64,000 nucleotides of DNA, from assembly GCF_009914755.1 (NCBI RefSeq), contig NC_060944.1. One strand, 5' to 3'. Numbering within the stretch: position 1 is the first letter of the stretch; each line of letters starts with the position of its first letter. The notes under the pieces are model-generated. The model saw nothing but the letters and a program-made list of their open reading frames with translations. It was not told where the DNA came from and did not search any database. Shown one piece after another: positions 34,215 to 46,070 of the stretch. The stretch comes from the human T2T-CHM13v2.0 reference genome, Homo sapiens. The position numbers and the translations under genes were made by a program.

Positions 34215-36090
34215 GACACAGAGGTTTTTAACCTAAGACACAGACCCTGAGACAAAAACTTAGGTGCAAGTAGTTTATTTGGGAAGTGATCCCAGGAAGC
34301 ACAAAAGGTGGGGTGGGGGGGCGTGCTCATGAGTATGTTACTGCTGTGGGTGACGGGTGGCTCGGTCTTGCTGAGGACCCTTGAGAGAACACAAAGACGA
34401 CCCCTCAACATTGTCCCACTGAGAGATGGGGCAGCTGAGGTGTTTACCTTTCCTCTCCCATCTTTCACTGATTGAGAATTGTCCTTCGGGGCATAAAATT
34501 TCAGGTATTTTCAAAATGCCATGCAGGTGGGCTAAACAAGCTCCTACAGCCCCTGGAGAAAGCCACCGAGAGGAAAAGCAAAGAACGAGGAGTTTTGGGG
34601 TGGGAAGCTGTCAGTGCTGCAGGTAAACTCGGGTAGTCTGAAGACGATGGGGCAGGGCAGCCACAGCACCTACTGCCATGGCGACTTGGCCACCGTTATA
34701 AGTAGATGCAACTGTACAACCAAGGATAGCCAAGGGTGGACCTGAGCCCCCTCTCCAGAAATTCTGCCTTACTTTAGAATGGGGTGAACAGCAGGGAAAA
34801 TGAACATTTTTCTTTGCTTTTTCTCCTCCCTCCTTTCTTTTTTCTAGATAAGCCAGCCAGCCAACTGCTTATGAGGATAAGGAGAAACTGGGGCAAAGTT
34901 TAAGGATGTCGCAAAGTCTGGGTGGCCTTCAGTCCATGAAAGAGAACACATCTGTTCTATCTCAGGCTGAGGTCATCTGCATCCTCATCAATAAGCTGAC
35001 TGAGCACTCATTACCTGCCAGACACGGTGCCTACATGCTCTAAATGCACGGTCTCGTTTATTCTCAGCAACTTTCCGAGGTAAGTGCTGTTAGCATTCCC
35101 ATTCCACAGAGGAACAAACTAAGGCTCTGAGAAGAAGTAATTTGCTCAAGACCTCACAGCCTGGGATCATGGGTATGAATCATCTGGGTGAATGATGAGG
35201 CCAAATCCCAAGTCCATGTTTATGACACTTAGAAATAACCATTTAAATGTCCTTTGAAGGGTCAAAACCATTTAGAGGTTTTATCTCTTTCTTACAATCT
35301 TCAAAGAAGTTTAACACCTTATAATAAATATCTCACAGATAACTCAGGTCACTTAGTGAATATTAGTTGAATTGCTTTTGTATTAGATCCTACCTGCAGC
35401 CAAAATATAAATCTATGTTACCCTCCAGCTCAAATATCTTCCATGGCTCCCCATTGCCGTCAAGAGACAATTTAAACTCGTTACTATGGACTTTTTACTC
35501 CAAGTCCTTGAGATCCATCTGTGCCACCTCCCCAGCTTCCATCCTCTTATCCGTTCTCCTCACAGTCTCACTTCAGCCATGCTAAGCTACCTGCCATTCT
35601 CTCTGTGGACCCTGGGCTCTTGCACTTGCTGTTCTTCTGGGAGCCCTTTTGTCCAACGCTTATTCATTCTGTGTGAGTTAACTCAACTGTCACCTCCCCA
35701 AAGTGGCCAACCTCCACCCACTGTGGTCTTGCGCCAGTGCCTTCCCCTGAGTCCCATGACACCCTGCATTTGCTTCTCTTACATTGTATTATTATTATCT
35801 TTTTGCCTGCCTGTCTCTCCCACAGACATGAAAGCAAGCTTTTATGTACTTAGGTTGGATTTCAACCTTGGCTCTGCCATGTGTGTTCTTGGGCAAAGTT
35901 GTTTTTTTCTCTGTGAGCCTTAGTTTCCTCAGCTGCCAAATAAGCAGTGAACAAAGTTAAGTCATGTGACACACAATACCTGGCATATAGTGAGGTTCAA
36001 TGTTAGCTTTTTTTATCTAAGCATCTTCAGGGCCAGTCTTTGGACCAAACATGCTGTTGATGCTCAGTGAAGTGGTAGCTCTACCTGGAC

Positions 36091-36279
36091 CAGTGGTTTT
36101 CAAATTTTCTCCTTCATTGGAACCTCCTGAGAGGCTGCTAAAACACAGGTTACTGGGTCCCACCCCAAGAGTTTTTGATTCTGCGGGTATGGAGTGGGGC
36201 TTGAGAGTTTGCATTCCTAACATGTTCTCAGGTGGTGCTGAGGCTGCTGGTCCTGGGACTGTACTTTTAGAACCACTGG
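36091..36279 (-). mobile_element. MER5A (hAT-Charlie MITE)
   Basis: Terminal inverted ends cagtggtttt...gaaccactg; typical internal motifs. Confidence 0.8.
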
Positions 36280-37399
36280 GCTGGTTACCTGGGAAGGGTA
36301 GATGTCTGGTTAGGGTGATCAGACATTCAGAGCTAAAACAAATTCACACTAGAGGATAAGGCAATCCACAATGGGTGTGGCCACAGGATATTTGTTTAGC
36401 AATTTATCCATTCAACCAATATTTGTTGAGTATCTACCATGTCCAGGCATTGTGCTAGACACTGACAATAGAACAATGAATGAGCAAGACAAGAAGGTTC
36501 AGATCTTGATAAGTTCACATTCTAGTGGCACTGCTTTGGAAGGTGGGGGCCGTCATTACACAAATCCCATGGGTGTGAATTGAAGGGACACAGTTAGTTT
36601 GGGGAATGGTTAGCCTTAAAGCCACTGATACCAATAATGGCTTTACTGTCTACTGTATCATTGTATTGCCTTCTCAACATGATTTCACCAAAATGATTCA
36701 TTGAAACTGATTATGGTATTCCCATAATCCCCTTGCCTGGAACTGCATCCATCATTCAGCACAGTTTTAGGATGAAGTCAACCCATGGAACATGGCAGAA
36801 TGGAGTGTCAGAGAACCAGAGCCAGGCTATGAGACTTAACACCAGTTATATGAAACGATACATTTCCTCATTATCGTTGTTAGCTGGAAGAGAGTCTCAG
36901 AGAATCAAAGCCAAAGATGTTATACAACACCTATTATATGAAATGATAAATACCCTTATTGTTACGATTATCTGCCAATTCAAGTAGGGGTTTTCTGTTA
37001 CTTGGTGCTAAAAGTTCCCCATGATAGAAGAGCTTGCCTTTCCTAAGTGCTTACAATGTGCCAGCCACTGCACTAAATGTTTGGTATGCACCATCTCACT
37101 GCATGCTGGCAGCAACTCCACGAGTAGGCTCTATTATTAGCCCATTGTTGAGGGAGGACACTCAGAGTTTAAATCACTTGCTCTTTAGTTGGGAGTGGAG
37201 AAGATGAGAGGTAAGGCTGCTTTGTGGAGCAGGATGGGCCAGTAAGGATTACTTAAATGCATTGCAATGACACCAACTGAAACGTTTTGCAATCACACAA
37301 TCTTCCTTGAGCTTCTTCCAAGATAGAGCAGATAAGGATGGAAACACAAACCAACCAACCTTATCTTCGTTTGGAGGACTGAGAATCATAGAAGGCAAC

Positions 37400-39100
37400 T
37401 GACTTGCCCAGTTCAGCTTTCTCGTTCTAGTTCTCCTAATTAAACTTGACTGCTTTCTAGAAGTTAATCAACAAATACACTCTCAGGCTGCTTTGGCCCA
37501 GTTTCCCGGTTAGGCAATCAGGGAAAAAGGGCTAGGCATTGTAAAACCCCAGGTCCTGCAGCTCCCCCACGTGGCTGCATTTTGACAAAAGCAAGCTTCT
37601 GAGAGAGTAGATCACGTAAGGAACCAGCCCTTCCATGGCTGTCATTAGCAGAAGTGCAGCTGGGGGCCATTTTGTCAAGAAGTGCTTATTTGGAAAAACA
37701 AAACAAAACAAAAAATGAAAAAAAAAAAAAATCTATACAGGTGCATGCCAGTCCCCCGGTAATGAAATGTAACAAAGGAAGCACTTAAGTTCAGTGAGGG
37801 AAATACAGCTTTAAATTACAGATTGTACCCAGAGCACTTTATAAACGGTAATGTGTGATAATGTATTATCCTTACTTCTGTGAAATTGTGGACTGCAACT
37901 TCTGCCGGGGCCAGTTAAAGGGCCAGGAGATGGAGAGGGTTGCGTGAATGCCATTCAAGAAAAGGGCAACAGAGGCTAAGGGGTTAAACTCCCCAGAAAA
38001 CCAATTTATGCAAAGGGCTGGATCCTGACCGGCATTCTGCACTAAAGATCTGAATTACAAATTTAGAGAATTTGCTGCTCGGTAAGTAATTTCTTTTCTT
38101 CCTAATGGAGACTATAATTTCCAGTGGGCCAGTGCCACTTAATTTGCACTGATAGAGTGAACAAAATCTTGACCACGGAGAAGCCTAATTCTACTCACCG
38201 TGCAAAATTGCCCTTTAAAAAGGCTTAAAGAGGGACATTCAAAGGATGGTTAAAACCAACCCCTATAATCTTACATTGCTGCAAAGCACATTCCCTAGTT
38301 TCCCCTGTGTTTGTATCTTGGGTTAGTTAATAATTGGAATTAGTTCTTTTTCCTTCCCTGTAAGGTAGGTAGTGTAGCTGATTTTATTTTTTTAAGGTAT
38401 AAGATCTACTTGGGATTATCTGACATAAGAAATAACATTGTCAGATTCAGATTGGAGAAATCTGCACCCTTCCAGGCACTCTGAGAAGGGAAAGGACACA
38501 GATTCTTGGTTTCTTGAAATCTAATTCTTTAAGACACTTAGAATCTAATTTAATGAGACCCCAGTGCTTCTGGACTGTTTGCAAACAGACAAGAACAATC
38601 TAGTGTGTGTGAAGTGGGAGGAGGGAGGGGAGAGAGTGTGTGTTTAAACCCCTGATAATTTATCTAAAAAGCAAGGGGATACATACAACAAAGACCAGGA
38701 ATTTCACTTTCTTTCTCTTTTCCTTCCCATTTTGGTTTCTATTTTGTTATGTGCCTCCTTCTCCAAGACAACGAATGCAGGAAGGACCTCACTGGCTGCT
38801 GGGAACAACTGCCCTTTTGAATGAATTCTTTTATGGTTACCAGTCAAAAAGTCACCGTCAGCTGGAACTGGAAGGGAGGTGTGTGTGTGTGTGTTTGTGT
38901 GTGCGCGCGTGTGTGTGCGTGTGTGTGTGTACGCGCAGTGGCAGCCATTTCAGCTCAATAGCTCCATTCCTGGAAAGGCCACTTCTTCTTGACATGGGAG
39001 AAGACACACTTCCCTGTGTACCTAAAAATAAATAATAAGTAAATAAATAATAATAAGAAGAAAGTCATTTTTGCTCCCTCCCCCAGGTCTTAATTCTTCT
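37400..39100. promoter_or_regulatory. Candidate regulatory block downstream of the BCAS1 3' end
   Basis: Free of interspersed repeats; E-box CACGTG 37568, YY1-like GCCATTTT 37666, palindrome TGTTTGCAAACA 38576-38587, (GT)n/(CG) tract. Confidence 0.4.
38879..38936. repeat. (TG)n/(CG)n alternating tract
   Basis: gtgtgt...gcgcgcgtgtgt...gtacgcgc. Confidence 0.95.
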
Positions 39101-40493
39101 TTCTCTTTTAATCATGTTTTTCTGTGTGCCACCTTTGCTTTGCTTATTTCCCCCACTGCTTGTTCTGTCTGATGGCATTTCTGGGAATCTGTGTCCTAAA
39201 GGCTTTCTTGGGTTTATTGGTGAGTTTCAGCTCTTTTTCACTCTAGTTCTGCATAAGGGGTGGGCATTAGTATTTATTGTAAATGCATTGGAAATGGGAT
39301 CTCAACAACAATAACACACACACACACACAAACACAAAAATGGAGTATTAACTTGTTTCTTAAGCTATAACTGAATTTAGAGTTCTCCCAGTAAGTCATG
39401 CGCTTTACTTCTCTCTGGCATTTCTTGCTTTTTTAAAAAAAAGCAATTTCATTAAAAGACTATTCTCTTTTTTGGCCCAGGAGCATAGGAAACCAGTTAT
39501 AAAAACTGTTGGCATGCTTTGCAGAGAGATTCTCAGCAAAGAGGCTTTTTTTTTGTTTTATTTTGTTTTGTTTTGTTTGAGTGGGGGCTTGGGAGGGCTC
39601 CATCTGCCTTAGTAACTGGCTAAGTAACTGGCCTGGGCTACTCAGTCTGTTTCTCTTCCTCCTGCCTAGGGGCATTTCTTATCTGGGCAAAAAGCCCCTG
39701 TACCCAGCGAGGTGAAACTTGCAAATGATACTGTCACCTTCCTCAATGGACTGCAGCTCAGGAGCTCACCAAAGGTTGCAGCAGACAACCCCCACGGTGT
39801 TTGGAGACAAAGGAATAGCAGCTGCCTGGTTTCCTTGAATCACCCCGTGCTCTGACGATGGCAGTGATGGGCCTCCCACCAATGGCTTCCCCAAGTGCTG
39901 TTTTCCTGCTTCATGCCAAGTTAAGCATTCTGATACTAAGCGGCACGAGATAGTTCTCAACTGGGTGAGGCACAGGTGTGAGTAATCTCGAGGTATGGTC
40001 AGGAGGTTTGAAAAAACTAACCCAGCTGCAAGGAAAAGACCTCTGGTCTTTATTGGAAACACGAATTTGACCTGTCCAAGCTGGGAGCTAATAGGCCCCA
40101 GCAGCTCAGGATCCTCTCCTCACTTACGCTTGGGTTTTGAGTGATACCATATTTTTCTGAACACATTTTCCAAATGCCTATTTGCCAAAGCCGTGGTGTA
40201 ATTTGCCTAAGCAGCAAACTTGTCCTTAGAGTCGAGGTCCATCCACATCAGGAGAGTATATTCAATGTTTATCTCCGATCAATGTGTGATGAATTGCATA
40301 TGAGATAGATTTGTGTGAGCCAATGTGTGTGTGTGGATCTGTGTTAGTTACATGTGTTTATTTGCATGTATGTAAATATGACTGTGTGAGTGCATGGATC
40401 TATTCCTGCATGATATATATTTATATATATGAATATGTGCATATATATGCAAATATGGGTATAAATATGTATCTGAACATATATGTGTGTATC

Positions 40494-40818
40494 TGTAGTG
40501 GACACTGTCAATGCACTCATCCTCCAGTTACTTAGGCATCCCAGCTTCTCAGCTCAATGGGGGCCGCTTGCCCATCCCCCCACCTCCCAGGGCAGCCCAG
40601 AATTCACCTACCAGGGTTCAAAGGCTGGCTCCCTTGACTCAAGGTCAAACTATCTGGGTGGTGCAATTCATGCTCCAGTTGAAACCAACCCTTGCCCAAC
40701 TCTTTTCTTGCCCTCTTCTTTTTCTCTTACTCCCTTTCCCTCGGAGCCCACTCTCAGTATATCCTATGCGTCCAAATCCCCATCTCAGGCTCTGCTCCAA
40801 GCAACCTGGCCTAAGACA
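40494..40818 (+). mobile_element. LTR16-like ERVL LTR
   Basis: Starts tgtagtggacactg and ends catctcaggctctgctcc...cctaagaca. Confidence 0.6.
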
Positions 40819-41054
40819 GCACTATTCTATACATGCATGTGTGTGTACATGCAAACATACAACTGCACACATTTGTGTGTGTGTGTGCCCATATACAAGG
40901 AAATCCGGGAAGATCTGGGAGAGAATGATCTTCCAAAGAAGATAATGGAGAAAGAGTATGGATTTTATAATGTAGAAGTTAGAGTCATCTCAGATATAGA
41001 GTGGGACTGCTTTGAAGTTGAAAATTAAAAGATACTTTAGAAGTAAATGTATTT

Positions 41055-41060
41055 TTTATT
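41055..41060 (-). terminator. BCAS1 polyadenylation signal AATAAA
   Basis: tttatt on + strand; UGUA elements upstream in the mRNA (taca at ~41086, ~41122, ~41160) and U-rich sequence downstream; a second AATAAA at 41213-41208. Confidence 0.8.
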
Positions 41061-41810
41061 AAATCAGAAAAAGAAAGATACGGTTTACATGACTGTCAGT
41101 CAATCATATGCTACTTTGAATTACATTTTAATAGACTCAGGGTCCTATTTACTCCTTTGTACAGGTATTAAAAACAACTCAGGTATTTGAGAAGTCTTCT
41201 GTAAATTTTTATTAACTGAGGTTATGGGGAGGGTTTTATCAGAGCACATCCTGAGAACATTAGGAATGACAGACACACTTGAGATAAGTGTCAGACGGAA
41301 CAGATGAAGCGAGCCCCTCAGCCATCTGAGAAACATTAATAATGTAAGATAGCAGAGACCAAATCTTTGTTAGGGATACAGTATTACAGGATAAAAATGG
41401 GGACCTTGCCGCCCCCTTGTGTTGCAAAATAACCGTGCAACTTCCTTTATTTTTTATTTTTATTTTTTTTTTAAGTTGTAATCTTTGCCGTTGTCACTGA
41501 GCCTCAAAAGCAATTGTTTTCCCAAATCATTTTAAGCCCTCCCCAGTCAATCTTTTCCCTCTCATCAATAACTTACAAGGACCCTATTTGAAAAACAATG
41601 CTTATTCATTCCTTTTTCTATACCCCACACATTCCGTTCTAGGAAATTGGCAACCACCCAACACAGCCCGGGTTCTCCCTCCTTGAGATGTGAATTTAAA
41701 CAAATGGATTTTCGTCTCCCTTCTTCAAGCTTAGAGGATGAGCACGCGTTTACTACAACGCTTAATTCCTTCTAGCAGCATTTCTCTTCTATAACTTACT
41801 TGCCACTGCC

Positions 41811-42102
41811 TTTTTTTTTTTTGATAGAATCTTGCTCTGTCGCCCAGGGTGGAGTGCAATGGTGCAACTTCGGCTCACTGCAACCTCCACCTCCTGGGTA
41901 CAAGCGGTTCTCGTGCGTTGGGCTCCCGAGTAGCTGGGACTACAGGTGTGTGCCACCATGCCTGGCTAATTTTTGTATTTTTAGTAGAGACGGGGTTTCA
42001 TGATGTTGGCCAGGCTAGTCTTGAACTCCTGACCTCAGGTGATCCACCTGCCTCGGCCTCCCAAAGTGCTGAGATTACAGGCGAGAGCCACCACGCCCGG
42101 CC
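41811..42102 (-). mobile_element. AluS inside the BCAS1 3'UTR (sense to the mRNA)
   Basis: Full dimer, TSD ccactgcc (41803-41810 and 42104-42111). Confidence 0.94.
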
Positions 42103-42415
42103 ACCACTGCCATTTTCATCACTTAACCCGAACACATTCCTCTATTCCCTCCCTTTCCTGCTTGGTGATCATCGACTCTTCTGACCCAACTAGGTGACCT
42201 GCTAAACCATCTTTACTGTTATTTGCCAGAAAAGACTGGACCAGAGACGTAAATAATACACCTCAATATACAACAGCTCGGGCTTAATTTCTAGGCAGAA
42301 TTTCATTTGCTGGCCATCAGAAGAATATATACATGGAGCGTGTTTGGGGAGGAGATGGAGTAAGGAGAACACATCTTGGTGGCAGGAGAACCTGGTGGGA
42401 ACCGTGCTGATTTGT

Positions 42416-42490
42416 TTACTTGGGTTTGCCAACTGGTCCGATGGATACTGGGTCTGTTTGCACTTGAGCATCCAACATCCGCTTTGGTCC
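42416..42490 (-). CDS. BCAS1: BCAS1 terminal coding exon [24 protein letters not shown]
   Basis: ttttctccag|GGACCAAAGCGG...AAACCCAAGTAA; 24 aa + TAA (42418-42416); contains DAQVQTD, an LC8/DYNLL-type binding motif. Confidence 0.96.
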   Translation of the reverse strand, partial: GPKRMLDAQVQTDPVSIGPVGKPK

Positions 42491-42896
42491 CTGGAGAAAA
42501 ACAGAAAGACGTGGCAGCCTATTGAAGCTCTGTAATGTCAACAGCAACAATGGCCATTTATGTAGCACTTACTCTGTGCTAGGTGTTGGGCTAAATTAAT
42601 ATATCTCATTCCTCAGTGCTGGGTAAGAGAATGGTCTCCAGTCAGATGCCCGGGTTTGATACCCAGTTACATGACTTTCTAGCTTTGTGAAATCTTGGAC
42701 AAATTACTTATCATCTCTTTGCGCTTTGGTTTCTTTATCTTTAAAATGGAAATGACAAACTTATCTCAGAGGGTTGTTCCCAAGATAAAGTGAGTTCATG
42801 CTTATAATGTACTTAGTACCTAGGGGGTACTAATTCTACCTCACTTTAGCTCCCTCCCCAGTTACCATCTAGGTTCATCACCCTGTTTTATTTTCT

Positions 42897-43060
42897 TCTT
42901 TTTTTTTATTATACTTTTAAGTTCTAGGGTACATGTGAGCAATGTGCAGGTTTGTTACATATGTATACATGTGCCATGTTGGTGTGCTGCACCCATTAAC
43001 TCGTCATGTAACATTAGATATATCTCCTAATGCTATCCTTCCCCCAACCCCCCATCCCAA
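42897..43060 (-). mobile_element. 5'-truncated L1PA 3' end in the last intron, sense to BCAS1
   Basis: ttattatacttttaagttctagggtacatgtg...tctcctaatgctatcc; imperfect TSD accct(g/a)ttttatt. Confidence 0.9.
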
Positions 43061-43262
43061 ACCCTATTTTATTCTCTCTCAGAACATACCACTCTCTGAA
43101 ATGATCTTATTATCTAATTTATTTGTCTAACATCTGTCTTCTACACCAGATTGGAAGCTGCAAGGATTCTGCGTGTCTCAGTGCCTTGCAGGTTCCTAGC
43201 ACATGGTACCTAGCCTTAACATTGACTGAATGTGGGTGAAGGAATGTTGTCAGGCAGATACA

Positions 43263-43567
43263 ATTATTTTATTTTATTTTTTTGAGACAAAGTCTCACTC
43301 TGTTGCCTAGGCTGAAGTACAGTGGTGGGACTATGTTCACTGTAGCCTTGAAGTCCTGGGCTCAAATGATCCCCCCACGTCAGCCTCCCCAGTAGCTTGG
43401 ACTACAGGTGCACACCACCAAACTCAGCTAATTTTAAAATTTTTTTTGTAGAGACGGGGTCTCAATTTGTTGTCCAGGATGGTCTTGAACTGCTGGGCTC
43501 ATGTGATCCTTCTACCTTGGCCTCCCAAAGTGATGGAGTTACAGGTGTAAGCCACTATGCCTAGCCT
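43263..43567 (-). mobile_element. AluJ
   Basis: Diverged dimer. Confidence 0.9.
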
Positions 43568-43945
43568 GAGTACTATTATTATTATTATTACTTTACCGTT
43601 TCTGTCAAGTATAACTTATAAGTAGTAAAGTTAACCTTTTCTGTATTTGGTTCTATGAGGTTAGACCAACACAAATAGCCCCCTAAAACCACCATCCAAA
43701 TCAACATGTCACATGGTTCTGTCCCCCCTCAGATCTTTCTTGTGCCTTTTGTGGTCAACCGCTCCCCACCGCAGACCCTGGCAAGCACCGATCTGTTTTC
43801 ATCCCTAGAGTTCTGCCTTTGCCAGGATGTCATATCATGGGATCCTAGAGTATACACAGCCCTTCAGACTAACTTCTTTCATGTAGCATAGTGGATGTGC
43901 GATTCATCCACCTTGCTGCATGGATCAATTGTGGGCCTCCTTTTA

Positions 43946-43998
43946 TACTATAAGACAGTATAGGGTAGTACAGTATAAGATTTATATATTGTATACAG

Positions 43999-44032
<34 letters not shown>

Positions 44033-44572
44033 TAGAGAGAGTATAGTATAGAGTAGTATAATAACGTATTGTAGCATAGTATATATAGATAGTATAGTGT
44101 AGTATAAGGTAATATAGGATAGTATAATATAGGGTAGTGTATATTTTATAGTATATATAGTATACATATATAGTATAGTCAAGTATGGTAACTATAGCAC
44201 AGTATAGTTTAGTCCACTGTATAGTATAGTAAATAAAGTATAGCAAAGCATAATGTACAATATAGTATGATATATACAGAACACTATAGTATATAGTATA
44301 GGAAAGGGAAGTATAATGTACTATCACAAAGTATGTATGGTCTAGTATATGTAGTGTCATATGGTTTAATGCAGTAGAATATACATGATATCGTATAATA
44401 TGTAATATAGTATATAGAGTGTATTATAGCATAATAAATAGAGTGTAGTTTAGTATACATGATGTATATAGGGCACATATATAGTATATGTATATAGTAC
44501 ATAGACTGTGTAGTGCCCTGTATAATCTAGCATAGTATAGTATATTGTATTTACTACATAGTGTAGTGTAAT
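43946..44572. repeat. Degenerate (TATAG)n/(TA)n low-complexity tract adjoining an old L1M fragment (~43590-43945)
   Basis: Recurrent tagta/tatag pentamers over ~620 bp. Confidence 0.9.
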
Positions 44573-45859
44573 TTCATGTAATTTACCAAGGAATCAGATT
44601 GCTGGTCTTTGAACGCCAGACCTGCCACTTCCTAGCTGGGTGACTTTGGTCAAATTGCTTAACCCTCTACTTAAGCCTTAATTTTACCGTTGATAAAATG
44701 GGAATTCACAGGGTAGTTTTGAAGATTAAGTGTTAGTATATGCAATGTACTTTGAACAATCTTTGTCACACAGTAAGTGTGATAAAAGAGTTATGATTAT
44801 TTTTAGTGGTGGTAGTTGAATTCACTACTTCATTCAACAACATATATTGAGGACCTACTGCAGACAATACATTGTGTTATTAATAGTTTTGGGGCATCAA
44901 GAGATGACCAGGACACCGTGAAATACCAAAAGCTTGGGCTCAGGAGTCAGCTGTGGGTTTGGGGATGCTCCATCCCTTTCTGGTTGCATGACCTCTGGCC
45001 GGTCCCTCACCGCTGAGAGCCTGCTGCCTCATCTGTGTGAGGTCTTAGACTGCCATCCCACCCGGTCCTCACTGCAGCCCACGAGGTTGACGCCACTGTC
45101 GCTCTCAGGCTACAGAGGAGGCTGCTGAAGCCCAGCGAGCCCAAGCCACTTCAGTCAAGTTCCTGCCAGTAAGTGGGGTGCCGGCTTCTGTCCCCGATCT
45201 CTGAACCCTGAGCTGGGTAAAGGCCATTCCCCAACCCCTCCATTTACCGTGCATTGTAATCGCTTGTTGCTGTGATTAGAGCACAAACTCCCCATGGCAC
45301 AGCGGTGCCCGACTCATCTCTGCACCTTTACAACCCAGGGCAGGGGCTAACTAAATAATACTCACAAAATAGCCTTTCCTGACTAGTTAAACCTCACAAG
45401 CATTGCTCTAAGGGCATTGTACACTACTGCCCTTCATCTTCATGCTAACCCTGTGATGTCAGCACCATTCACTTCATTGATCTGGTATCTGAAACTCAGC
45501 AAGATGACAGGTCCAAGCTCACTCAGCCACTAGATGAGAGCTAGGTTCAAGTCCAGGAACAAGCTTCTTGCAAGTGTCTAGAGCCTGGTCTCAGGCTGGC
45601 CACGGGTGGCAGCCATCCATCCTGCCTCTGTTTGCCCAGCGTGCCTTGCTGTGGATCCTGGTTCACCCAGGCTCCACCCTGCCCAGTCAACTCACCTCTA
45701 TTAAAGCTTACTTCCCCGAGGTTTCCATCCTTTAGGTTCCATGAGCTTGATCTTGGGGCTTGATGGACTAAACAGCAAACTCAGATGGCCAAGTGGCTGC
45801 CACGGGCCTGAACTTTGCAATAGATGAACTTGTACAAGCATTTTCTTCATTTATTAAAA

Positions 45860-46070
45860 AAAAATTAGATGCTGGCATTTAAAAATTAGGTATTTGCTCT
45901 TAAAAATTCTCCACCTTTGTTATTTTCTCTTGACTAAATGGACAGGTCCTGCCACAATGGGTCTGCAGTCCCCCAAGGTAACATGTGGCTGGTGCTGAGG
46001 AGGGGCACCCCCTTTAGGTGGGCACCTGCCCTTCAGGTAGCCACAGACCACACCTGACTCACTGGCCTCA
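45860..46070 (-). mobile_element. MER102-like hAT-Charlie fragment (related fragment on + at ~61726-61840)
   Basis: gtagccacagaccacacctgactcac; cagggattgcaaactcaaat...ataaatgagtgagctagactgggtgtgg. Confidence 0.55.

Larger units (their letters stand above)
41035..42415 (-). other. BCAS1: BCAS1 3'UTR (3' end approximate)
   Basis: Follows the stop codon; ends about 20 nt past AATAAA 41060-41055; contains an Alu in sense orientation. Confidence 0.85.

Noticed and set aside
40483-41028. 181-aa + strand ORF just beyond the BCAS1 poly(A) site
   Set aside because: Non-ATG start in a TG-rich tract, runs through an LTR16-like element and simple repeat; no recognisable domain
41811-42102. 3'UTR Alu as an intramolecular dsRNA/editing substrate in mature mRNA
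   Set aside because: Only one Alu in the UTR; the nearest inverted Alu is intronic and ~6.6 kb away
41035-42415. QKI response elements or an MBP-type A2RE transport signal in the 3'UTR
   Set aside because: Found only CCUAAY half-matches, no full ACUAAY or A2RE match by eye
43869-44502. Tyr/Ile-rich ORFs (163, 66, 72 aa)
   Set aside because: Low-complexity (TATAG)n translation
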